From an uncultured Verrucomicrobiota bacterium (lineage in GTDB: Bacteria; Verrucomicrobiota; Kiritimatiellia; CAIVKH01), in NCBI GenBank assembly GCA_937873455.1, contig CALMYG010000034.1, positions 25,405-89,404 of the forward strand: a stretch of DNA of 64,000 bases. Direction: 5' to 3'. The position numbers and the translations under genes were made by a program. A model generated the notes under the pieces. It was not told where the DNA came from and made no database searches. It was given only the letters and a program-made list of their open reading frames with translations. Positions 25,444-34,477 of this stretch are shown here, one piece after another; the stretch's first letter is position 1, and each line of letters starts with the position of its first letter.

Positions 25444-27770
25444 AGAAACCCGCCGTGATCCCTCCACCCGACCACCCCTACCGGAACCCCGCACTGGCCG
25501 TCGCCGAGCGGGTCGCCGATCTGCTGGCGCGCATGACCCTCGAGGAAAAAGTGGCGCAAATGTGCTGCTTTGTGCGCGGGACCGCGCCTGTGAATGAAGA
25601 CGGCGCCTTTTGTCCGGTCAAGGCCCGCACCATTTTTCCCCACGGCATCGGCGGCATCGGTCAACCCGGAGACCTCGGTAAAAGCCCCGCCGGGTATACC
25701 CCGCGGCCGGCCCTGGAGATGGCCGCCGCCGCGCCTTGCTCAACCGGCGCCCGCGAAACCGCGGAAATCACCAATGCCATCCAACGGTTTTTCATGGAGG
25801 AAACCCGCCTCGGCATTCCCGTCCTGTTTCATGTGGAGTTGCTGCATGGCCTGGCCGCGCAAGACGGCGTTTGTTTTCCGCAGGCCATCGGTCTGGCCAG
25901 CGCGTGGGATGAACATCTGATCCGCGACGTCTTTGCGGCGGCGGCAGTGGAGTCCCGGTCGCGCGGTCTGGCCCAGGCCCTCTCACCCGTGCTCGATGTC
26001 GCCCGCGATCCGCGTTGGGGGCGCACCGAGGAAACCTGGGGTGAAGATCCTTATCTGTGTTCCCGCTATGCAGTGGCGGCGGTGCGCGGCGCACAGGGCG
26101 AAGGACCATCCATCGGCCCCGACCACGTCGCCGTGACCCTCAAACACTTTGCCGCCTATGGGCAAAGCGAAGGCGGCCGCAACACCGCACCCGCCAATCT
26201 CTCCGAGCGGGTGTTGCGCGAAGTCCACCTCCCGCCGTTCGAGGCCGCCATCACCGAGGGTGGCGCTCTCGGCATCATGCCCGCGTACAACGAAATCGAC
26301 GGAATGCCCTGTCACGCCAACCGATGGCTTCTTCATGACATCCTGCGGAACGAGTGGAAATTTGAGGGGGTTGTCATCAGCGACTACTCCGCTATACGTA
26401 GTTTGTGCGATGCGGATGAGGGGCACCACGTCTGCCCCCACGCCGAAGCCGCCGCGCAACGCGCCCTTCACGCTGGCGTGGACATGGAAACGCCCGACGG
26501 GTTTGCCTACCCCACCCTCGTCGCCCAGGTGCGGAACGGGCAGGTCAGCGAAGATGCGGTCAATGTCGCGGTCGCCCGCATCCTCCGCCTGAAGTTCCTG
26601 CTCGGGCTTTTCGACAATCCTTATGTGGAACCGGATCACGCCGAGCGCCGTTGCGGCAGCCAGGAGCACAACGCACTGGCCCTGCACGCCGCCCACCGAT
26701 CGATGGTGCTTCTGAAGAACGACCGGCAGACGCTCCCATTCTCCCGGGCAAGCCTGTCGAAACTGGCGGTCATCGGCCCCAACGCCGCAGACTGCCACAT
26801 CGGAGGTTATTCCGGTTGGCCGAGCTATGCGGTGGACCTGCTCAGCGGCATGCGCAACCGCGCGGGTGCTTCAATCGATGTGGTCTATGCTGAGGGATGC
26901 CGCATCACCGAAAACCGGGGAGCGCGGGACTGGATGTCCGAGGTCACGATCCCGCCGCGCGGGGACAACAAAGCCCGCATCACGGAGGCCGTGGCGGTGG
27001 CGCGGGAGGCCGACGCCATCGTGGTGGCGATTGGCGAAAACGAGGAATTGTGCCGCGAAGGCATGGACATGGATTCCCTCGAACTGGTCGGACCGCAGAA
27101 CGAATTGGTGTCCGCGCTGGCCGCACTAGGCAAGCCCCTCGTCGCGGTCGTATTCAACGGTCGCCCCCTGTTGCTCAACCAGGTGACCGAACAGGCCGAT
27201 GCCATCATCGAGGCCTGGTACCTCGGACAGGAAACCGGCCACGCCGTCGCCGACGCGTTATTTGGTGACATTAACCCCGGCGGCAAATTGCCCATCACCT
27301 TCCCCCGCACCACCGGATCGCTGCCAGCGTATTACAACCGCAAACCCTCAACCGCCCGTTATACCTTCGGCGAAAACACACCGCTCTATCCGTTCGGTCA
27401 CGGCCTCAGCTACACCACGTTCCGCTACGACGACCTACGCATCGACCCGCCGGTCATCCGGGCGGATCAAGCGACCCGCGTCATGGTCACCGTCACCAAC
27501 ACCGGAGCCCGCGAAGGCGACGAGGTGGTGCAGCTTTATATCCGCGACCGGGTCAGCTCGGTCACCCGTCCGGTCAGGGAACTCAAGGGCTTTGAGCGCA
27601 TCACCTTGGCACCGGCTGAATCGCGCACCGTGCGTTTCGAGATTGGGTTTGAACACCTTAGCTTCTACAACGAGGATATGAAGCTGACTGTGGAGCCGGG
27701 CGAGTTCGAGTTTTTTGCGGGCGGTGATTCGACCGCACCGTTAACCGCCGTACTAACGGTGACAACATGA
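25440..27770 (+). CDS. GH3 beta-glucosidase
   Basis: MTLEEKVAQM, DPRWGRTEETWGEDP, KHFAAYG, GVVISDYSA (nucleophile region), and a C-terminal Fn3-like domain. The TTG start overlaps the upstream stop. Confidence 0.88.
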   Translation: MKKPAVIPPPDHPYRNPALAVAERVADLLARMTLEEKVAQMCCFVRGTAPVNEDGAFCPVKARTIFPHGIGGIGQPGDLGKSPAGYTPRPALEMAAAAPCSTGARETAEITNAIQRFFMEETRLGIPVLFHVELLHGLAAQDGVCFPQAIGLASAWDEHLIRDVFAAAAVESRSRGLAQALSPVLDVARDPRWGRTEETWGEDPYLCSRYAVAAVRGAQGEGPSIGPDHVAVTLKHFAAYGQSEGGRNTAPANLSERVLREVHLPPFEAAITEGGALGIMPAYNEIDGMPCHANRWLLHDILRNEWKFEGVVISDYSAIRSLCDADEGHHVCPHAEAAAQRALHAGVDMETPDGFAYPTLVAQVRNGQVSEDAVNVAVARILRLKFLLGLFDNPYVEPDHAERRCGSQEHNALALHAAHRSMVLLKNDRQTLPFSRASLSKLAVIGPNAADCHIGGYSGWPSYAVDLLSGMRNRAGASIDVVYAEGCRITENRGARDWMSEVTIPPRGDNKARITEAVAVAREADAIVVAIGENEELCREGMDMDSLELVGPQNELVSALAALGKPLVAVVFNGRPLLLNQVTEQADAIIEAWYLGQETGHAVADALFGDINPGGKLPITFPRTTGSLPAYYNRKPSTARYTFGENTPLYPFGHGLSYTTFRYDDLRIDPPVIRADQATRVMVTVTNTGAREGDEVVQLYIRDRVSSVTRPVRELKGFERITLAPAESRTVRFEIGFEHLSFYNEDMKLTVEPGEFEFFAGGDSTAPLTAVLTVTT

Positions 27771-29590
27771 AAACATGCAAAGCAGATGTAGCCATCATCG
27801 GTGGAGGATTCGGCGGCGTAGCCGCAGCGCTGGTTTTGCTGGAACAAGGCCGATCCGTGGTGATGATCGAAACCTACCCATGGATCGGCGGACAGGTCAC
27901 CAGCCAGGCGCTATGTGTGCTCGACGACTACCACGACCCGGTGGGCGAGACCACCGGCATCAGCCGCGCCTATGCCGAATTCCGCCGTCGCGTGCGTGAC
28001 TATTACCGGGAACACCTTCTGTTCTCCCCGCTGGGCGCGGCGCAGCTATATTTGAACCCGGGCCAGGCGATTTGTTCCCACCTCGCCGCCGAACCACACA
28101 TTGCCCACGCGGTGTTGATCGCATGGCTCAAGGAACGTTGCGCACGCCCCGAACAGCTTCGGCTTTTCGCCGGGTATCGCGCCCGATCACTTCAGCGCGA
28201 AGGCGACACCATCGTATCCTGCATTGCCGAACCGATCGATGCGCAGACCGGAGAAGCCTTCCAGATCGAGGCCGGTTTTTTCCTCGATGCCACCGAGACG
28301 GGCGAAACCTATCCGCTCCTGAACATTCCCTTCCGGACCGGATCCGAAGCGCGCGATGAATTCGACGAACCGCATGCCCCCGCCGTGGCGTTACCAGAAT
28401 CGCTCCAGTCCTTTACCATGTGCCTGGCAGTTGAATACGTGCCGGGCGGAGATTACCGTATCGCGAAACCGAAGGACTACGAACGCTGGCGCGACCGCCA
28501 ATCCTTTGCCTTATACGCGCCGGGATGCAGCCCCTCCTTCCCCGCCCGGATGTTTGAAGCCCGCACATCGCCTCAAGGGCAGTATGTCTCCGGCGCGTGG
28601 TACTACCGCAGCGTGCGCGATCCGCGCAATTTTTCGCAACCGGGACTGACCGCCCGGACCATCATCAACGTATCCGGCAACGACTACCACGAAGCGCCTT
28701 ATCTCGCCCGACCACACGATGGCCAAGCGCTGGATGAAGCTCGCCACTTGTCGCACTGTTACCTCTACTGGTTGCAACACGAAGCGCCCCGGGATGAAGG
28801 TGGTCGCGGTTATCCGGAAATCCGGGCCGTCCCGGAAATGACCGGCACGGCGGACGGCATCGCCATGGCCCCCTACATCCGCGAAGGCCGTCGCCTCGCC
28901 GCCTGCACCATCGTCACCGAACGCGATCTGCATGCACAGTTCTGGCCGGGCAGCCGGGCCCGGCCGTTTAGCGACTCGGTCGGCCTCGGTTGTTATATGA
29001 TCGACATCCACCGCACCACCGGCGGCGCGCCGAACGTATGGGAACCAGCCCGCCCCTACCAGATTCCGCTGGGTGCGTTGGTGTCCCCGGCGCTCAACAA
29101 TTTCGCCGTGGCCAACAAAGGCATCGGGGTCACCCAGATCGCCAACGGCGCCTACCGCCTACATCCCGTAGAGTGGGCGATTGGCGAAGCGGCCGGCCTG
29201 CTGGCCGACTACGTCCTGACCCACGAACCGCGACACCCTCATCTGCAGGGCGATGATTTACATAACTTTCAACGTGCACTCGTTCGTCGCGGCGTGCCGG
29301 TTTACTGGTATCAGGATGTGCCGTTCGACCTGCCCGGCTTTGAGGCGATGCAACTGCTCGGCGTCGAGGGCATCTGGACCGGTGACGCCGAACACCTGCG
29401 CGGCCAACCCTTCGACAGCATCAACTATCACCGCGAGCCGTTCGTCGCCGCCCTGGAAAAACTGCCCGCCCTGCCGGATCGCGATCTGCTGCGCCGGGTC
29501 TATCTTACCGCACACAACGCCCGCAAACATGATGTCATGCAGGTCATCGACACCATGCGGCGGACATACGAAAGAACAACAGCATCATGA
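27767..29590 (+). CDS. FAD-dependent oxidoreductase (PF12831-like), function unknown
   Basis: Rossmann motif DVAIIGGGFGGVAAA at the N-terminus. ATGA overlaps with both the GH3 stop and the GH1 start. Confidence 0.7.
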   Translation: MKTCKADVAIIGGGFGGVAAALVLLEQGRSVVMIETYPWIGGQVTSQALCVLDDYHDPVGETTGISRAYAEFRRRVRDYYREHLLFSPLGAAQLYLNPGQAICSHLAAEPHIAHAVLIAWLKERCARPEQLRLFAGYRARSLQREGDTIVSCIAEPIDAQTGEAFQIEAGFFLDATETGETYPLLNIPFRTGSEARDEFDEPHAPAVALPESLQSFTMCLAVEYVPGGDYRIAKPKDYERWRDRQSFALYAPGCSPSFPARMFEARTSPQGQYVSGAWYYRSVRDPRNFSQPGLTARTIINVSGNDYHEAPYLARPHDGQALDEARHLSHCYLYWLQHEAPRDEGGRGYPEIRAVPEMTGTADGIAMAPYIREGRRLAACTIVTERDLHAQFWPGSRARPFSDSVGLGCYMIDIHRTTGGAPNVWEPARPYQIPLGALVSPALNNFAVANKGIGVTQIANGAYRLHPVEWAIGEAAGLLADYVLTHEPRHPHLQGDDLHNFQRALVRRGVPVYWYQDVPFDLPGFEAMQLLGVEGIWTGDAEHLRGQPFDSINYHREPFVAALEKLPALPDRDLLRRVYLTAHNARKHDVMQVIDTMRRTYERTTAS

Positions 29591-31005
29591 ATCATTCCCT
29601 TACATTTCCGCCATCGTTCATCTGGGGCGCCGCAACCGCAAGTTATCAACTGGAAGGATCGACGCAAGGCGTGGACGGGTGCGCCGAGTCGGTCTGGGAC
29701 ATGCTCTGCCGGAGACCCGGCGCGATCAAGGATGGCACGAACGGATTCATCGCCTGCGATCACTATCACCGTTATCGGGAGGATGTGGCACTGATGAAAG
29801 ATCTCGGCATGAATGCCTACCGGTTTTCCATCATGTGGCCCCGCGTGATGCCCGAGGGAACCGGCGCGGTCAACGAAAAGGGCATGGACTTCTACGACCG
29901 GCTGGTCGATGAACTGCTCGCGGCTGGCATCACTCCTTGGGTCACCCTGTTTCATTGGGACTATCCCCTGGCCTTGTTTCAGCGCGGCGGCTGGTTGAAC
30001 GCCGACTCACCGCAATGGTTCGAGGACTACACACGGGTGGTGGTGAAACGCCTGTCCGATCGCGTGCATCACTGGCTCACGCTCAACGAGCCGGCCTGCT
30101 TCATCGGGTTTGGCCACCGCACCGGCATGCACGCTCCCGGGTTGCAACTTGCCGACAAGGAAGTCTGCCGGGTTTGGCACCATGCCATGCTGGCCCACGG
30201 CCGCGCCGTTCGCGCCATCCGCCAGGAATCCCTTCATCCGTCACCCCGGGTTGGTTACGCCCCGGTCTTCCGCACCACCATCCCCGACACCGAATGCCCC
30301 GCCGACATCGAGGCAGCCCGGACCTGGATGTTTGCTCATGATGGCGGCAATCTTTTCGATACCCGATGGAATCTCGACCCCTGCTTCCGGGGCGCTTATC
30401 CGGCGGAAATGATGGCGCACTGGGGCGACGCTGCTCCGCGCATTCAAGACGGCGACATGGAGCTGATCCGCCAGGAGCTGGATTTCCTCGGCTTGAACAT
30501 CTACCAGTCCTCACGGGTTCGCGCCGGCGCGGATGGCTTGCCCGAAGTCGTGGAATTTCCCGCGGATCATCCGCGCAACTCCCTTGGCTGGCCGATCACG
30601 CCGGAGGCCCTGCGCTGGGCGACCCGCTTCCTGCATGAAGAATACGGCAAGCCGCTGATCATCACGGAAAACGGAATTACCCTGGACGAGGCGCCCGATG
30701 AGCACGGCGTGGTGAACGATGCCCGGCGCATCGCCTTTCTAAACGACTACCTCGTGGGCCTCCAGCGCAGCGTGGATGAAGGCATTCCCGTGTTGGGCTA
30801 TTTCCACTGGTCGTTCTGCGACAACTTTGAGTGGGCCGAAGGGTATGTCCCGCGATTCGGATTGATCCGTGTGGATTACGCCACCCAGCGCCGGACCATC
30901 AAGGCATCGGGAAATTTCTATCGGGACATCATCCGGGGCCGGCCGGGAACACCCGTCACCACCAACGCCAGCGGCCGGACGCAAGCAGAAGCTCTTCGCG
31001 CTTGA
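29587..31005 (+). CDS. GH1 beta-glucosidase
   Basis: [14 protein letters not shown], acid/base LTLNEP, nucleophile ITENG, and [11 protein letters not shown]. Confidence 0.92.
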   Translation: MNHSLTFPPSFIWGAATASYQLEGSTQGVDGCAESVWDMLCRRPGAIKDGTNGFIACDHYHRYREDVALMKDLGMNAYRFSIMWPRVMPEGTGAVNEKGMDFYDRLVDELLAAGITPWVTLFHWDYPLALFQRGGWLNADSPQWFEDYTRVVVKRLSDRVHHWLTLNEPACFIGFGHRTGMHAPGLQLADKEVCRVWHHAMLAHGRAVRAIRQESLHPSPRVGYAPVFRTTIPDTECPADIEAARTWMFAHDGGNLFDTRWNLDPCFRGAYPAEMMAHWGDAAPRIQDGDMELIRQELDFLGLNIYQSSRVRAGADGLPEVVEFPADHPRNSLGWPITPEALRWATRFLHEEYGKPLIITENGITLDEAPDEHGVVNDARRIAFLNDYLVGLQRSVDEGIPVLGYFHWSFCDNFEWAEGYVPRFGLIRVDYATQRRTIKASGNFYRDIIRGRPGTPVTTNASGRTQAEALRA

Positions 31006-31615
31006 GGCTCTTCACGCCTCCATCCACAAACAGCATGTTGGCCAGGTCCCGCGATCCATGGCGGAAACCGGGCACCCCCCAGGTCTGGTTCCGGTCCGCT
31101 TCATACATGATGTCGGTATTCCCCTCCACGACATCTCCGATCAGAATAATGTGATTGGGGCGCTCGACCACGGCAGCGTTATAATTCCATTGCGCCCACT
31201 CCATGTAGGCATTCAACGCATATGAGGTCTGGTTGCCCGCCAGCGGACCGGAAACGGAACAATTCAAAACCGACTCAACATTCGTCCGGCCGCCTTGTGA
31301 CAAAATGTAGGGTTCCAAGTGCCGCTGCCAGCTTAGGGGGCTCGGATTAAATTTCGGTGTGAACCGGTTGTCATGGTCGGCGCGATAGGCGGTCTGCGCG
31401 ATTCCGATCTGACGGAGATTGGAAAGGCACTTCGTCGTTTGGGCGCTTGCCCGGGCTCTTCCCACCATGGGAAAGAGTAATGCGCCCAGAATAGCAATAA
31501 TCGCAACCACCACCAGCAACTCAATCAGGGTAAAGCCGCACGCACACATGCTTTTTCCGCCAGGGTGCTTCTCGCTTGTTATCTTGTTTCGTTTCATCGG
31601 CACGGTAGTGTTCAT
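30956..31615 (-). CDS. Prepilin-type N-terminal cleavage/methylation domain protein, DUF1559 (H-X9-DG) pseudopilin-like
   Basis: [21 protein letters not shown] class-III signal. C-terminal [18 protein letters not shown]. The start is uncertain (31615, 31597 or 31549). The 3' end overlaps GH1 by 50 nt. Confidence 0.8.
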   Translation of the reverse strand: MNTTVPMKRNKITSEKHPGGKSMCACGFTLIELLVVVAIIAILGALLFPMVGRARASAQTTKCLSNLRQIGIAQTAYRADHDNRFTPKFNPSPLSWQRHLEPYILSQGGRTNVESVLNCSVSGPLAGNQTSYALNAYMEWAQWNYNAAVVERPNHIILIGDVVEGNTDIMYEADRNQTWGVPGFRHGSRDLANMLFVDGGVKSLKREELLLASGRWRWW

Positions 31616-31706
31616 GCGTTAAAGATACCCGGCCCACGCGAAAACCGGTCCTATCATTTTATTATATTTCTTGCAGATTATTCGGGGTGGATGTTTGCGA
31701 TTCAAG

Positions 31707-32585
31707 CTAATGCGCCTGGTGGCGATAACGAAGCGGGGATACGCCATAGACCTGTTTAAAGGCCCGAATAAACGCGGTGGGCGATTGGTATCCCACTTGC
31801 TGCGCCACGTGCATCACTTTTTTCCGCGTACTGCGCAACAGCTTGGCCGCTTCAGCCAACCGGGCCCGATGCAACACCTTGCCGGGCGATTCGTTCCACT
31901 GCGCCTTTAACTTGCGGGACAGGTAGGTTTGCGAATACCCCATCTTCTCAGCCAGCTCCTGAATGGATCCCGGATGAAAGGAAAGCAATTTGCTGTCATA
32001 GCTCTTGGACAACAACACCGACTTTCCGGAAACCGTATGCTTCTCCGCGGCTTGCCACCAGGTATTCAGAAATTCAAAGGTACACAGGGACCATTCCTGA
32101 ACGGGGAAGGTTTTTGCAGATTCCGCCATGGCAATAAGCTTCCGGGCCTTGGGTATCACCGCGCATCGTGTGGGCAGGCGGTGGATGATGCCGAATTGGG
32201 AACGGATATAATCAAACATGGCCAAGGCCAAGTCGCCCGCCACATGTACCCATATCGTGTGCCACGGACTTCCCTCTGGAACCCGCACGAACGCGCCTTG
32301 GGCCGGACGATGCAGCGCGATCACCGTACCGGCATCCAGTGTAAACTTCCGGTCGCCCACCTCGTAATAGGCAAAACCGCCGAGCGTCATCACAAAAGCG
32401 CCCTGGGCGTCGATGGCATCCATGAAGAGATCGTGCCGCCGCTTTTCCTCAACCACGCTTCGGGACTCCCCGCACATGAAGAGCTGGTACACCGGCCCAT
32501 CCCAATTATCCACCACCGGACGAAGGTTGTGATCCGACTCGTCATGCAACGAACGCGGGAAGGCGGCTGATGTTCGCTTCTGCAT
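31707..32585 (-). CDS. AraC-family transcriptional regulator
   Basis: N-terminal cupin-like domain and a C-terminal double HTH (IQELAEKMGYSQTYLSRKLK ... VMHVAQQVGYQSPTAFIRAFKQVYGVSP). Confidence 0.88.
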   Translation of the reverse strand: MQKRTSAAFPRSLHDESDHNLRPVVDNWDGPVYQLFMCGESRSVVEEKRRHDLFMDAIDAQGAFVMTLGGFAYYEVGDRKFTLDAGTVIALHRPAQGAFVRVPEGSPWHTIWVHVAGDLALAMFDYIRSQFGIIHRLPTRCAVIPKARKLIAMAESAKTFPVQEWSLCTFEFLNTWWQAAEKHTVSGKSVLLSKSYDSKLLSFHPGSIQELAEKMGYSQTYLSRKLKAQWNESPGKVLHRARLAEAAKLLRSTRKKVMHVAQQVGYQSPTAFIRAFKQVYGVSPLRYRHQAH

Positions 32586-32731
32586 GGTTTTGATATTAGT
32601 GCATATCGCCAGGCCTGTCCACCGTTTCGTATCTTGACCCCCTGAAAAGCGTCGTTGACGTCCATGCGGTTTATCGACGCCGGCACGCCATCGAATCAGG
32701 GAAACCCGCCAAACCGCCGCGGAGCATGATC

Positions 32732-34402
32732 ATGACGAAACAAACCTATGCATCACGATCCAGCAAACTGGCCGTCGGCTGCGCGGCCCTGGCCGCTATC
32801 TGCGGCCCATCATCCGCGTTTACGGAGGAGACCATCATGCCCTCGAAAACAACCACCCGGACGGAGCGGCCCAACATCGTCTTTGTGATCACCGACGACA
32901 TTGAGCGCTTCATGTTCAACGCGCTTCCCGAAGGCCGGGGCAAAAATCTGACCCCCCACCTTGATCGACTGGAGCGCGAAGGTGTACTCATGGCCGGACA
33001 ACACGTTGCTTCGGCGGTATGCACGCCCAGCCGCTTCAATGTGCTGACCGGATTGTTTGCCAGCCGGGCGCTGAATGTCACCGAAGACGAACAGGCCGTG
33101 GTGGCCTTTACCACGCACATTCATCCCGATGACAACACCCTGCCCAAACGACTTCAACAGGCCGGTTACCGGACCGGCATGGCCGGCAAAAACCATGTAG
33201 TGCACGGTCCCAGCGGCCCCGACATCCCGCTGGAGGCCGATCCGAGAGATCCGGAAATCCAAACCGCGTTACGCCAGTATCAATCGGAATATGAGGCAGC
33301 CATCCGCCAAGCCGGTTTTGATTTCGCCGGCGGTATCTATCCCGGCAACCCCGACGAATTGCGTCCGCGGGCGCTGCGCATCCACAACATGGATTACGTA
33401 ACCGACGCCGCCCTGCGATTCATTGACCAACAAGACGAGCGCGCGCCGTTTTTCCTCTACTTCGCCACCACCTTACCGCATGGCCCGATTGAACCGGAAC
33501 GATCCTGGGACAGCGATCCGCTGCTGACCCCGTTCGGCGTGCTCGACGAGCCGCTTCAGGTCCTGCCGCCTCGCGCTTCGATCGGCGAACGAATCCGGGC
33601 CGCTAACCTGAAAACGTCCGGCCCCGACGAGGGAACCCATTGGGCGGCCGAACAGGCCCCTTATGTGATGCTGGCCATTGACGATGCCCTCGGCGCCTTA
33701 TTGGCGCGCATGGAATCCCGCGGCCTGCTGGAGAACACCATCCTCTTTTTCTTCAACGATCATGGCTGCGACGCCAAAGGCACGCTGTATCAAGGCGGGC
33801 TTCAATTCCCCAGCATCGCTTGGCGACCGGGGGGATTTGCCGCGGGATCGCGCCGTGATGACCTGGTCAGCAATGTCGATTTCGCCCCCACCATTCTCGA
33901 TCTGGCCGGCATCGCTTATGAACCGGCGCAATTCGATGGCGTCAGTTTCCGCGACATTCTCGAGGGCGCGGAGCAACCGGCCGATCGAACGCTCTACGCC
34001 GAAATGGGATTCAGCCGGACCGTGCGAAAGGGCGAGTGGAAATACCTCGCGCTGCGGTACCCCCCGGAGGCGGTAAACATGCCCATGGAGGAGCGCCGGC
34101 GCCGACTGGAGGAATGGAATGACCACTTGGGGGAGCGCGGCATCGAACCGGTAAACACCGACCCCGCCGCTCCATTCAGCCACCTGACCGATCTCCCCGG
34201 CGGCGCCCACGCCGAACACTCGACCACCGGCAAGAAGCTCCACTACTACGATCCCGATCAATTATTCAACCTGGCCGACGACCCCGGCGAAAACCACAAC
34301 CTCGCCGGCGACCCCGCTTACGCGGAAAAACTGGCGGAAATGAAAGAACTTATGCGGCTGCATGTCCAAAAATTGCCCGGAAGTTTTGGGGAGTTCAAGT
34401 AG
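32732..34402 (+). CDS. Exported sulfatase (formylglycine-dependent)
   Basis: Signal peptide KLAVGCAALAAICGPSSA. NIVFVITDD, CTPSRFNVLTG. GGAG lies 7 nt upstream of 32732 (alternative ATG at 32726). Confidence 0.88.
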   Translation: MTKQTYASRSSKLAVGCAALAAICGPSSAFTEETIMPSKTTTRTERPNIVFVITDDIERFMFNALPEGRGKNLTPHLDRLEREGVLMAGQHVASAVCTPSRFNVLTGLFASRALNVTEDEQAVVAFTTHIHPDDNTLPKRLQQAGYRTGMAGKNHVVHGPSGPDIPLEADPRDPEIQTALRQYQSEYEAAIRQAGFDFAGGIYPGNPDELRPRALRIHNMDYVTDAALRFIDQQDERAPFFLYFATTLPHGPIEPERSWDSDPLLTPFGVLDEPLQVLPPRASIGERIRAANLKTSGPDEGTHWAAEQAPYVMLAIDDALGALLARMESRGLLENTILFFFNDHGCDAKGTLYQGGLQFPSIAWRPGGFAAGSRRDDLVSNVDFAPTILDLAGIAYEPAQFDGVSFRDILEGAEQPADRTLYAEMGFSRTVRKGEWKYLALRYPPEAVNMPMEERRRRLEEWNDHLGERGIEPVNTDPAAPFSHLTDLPGGAHAEHSTTGKKLHYYDPDQLFNLADDPGENHNLAGDPAYAEKLAEMKELMRLHVQKLPGSFGEFK

Positions 34403-34477
34403 CCGGTGACCTCCGGGTCCCCAGAGCGCGGCCCGGGACATCGACGAGCGGGCGGTAGTGCGAAAAAACACCTCGCC

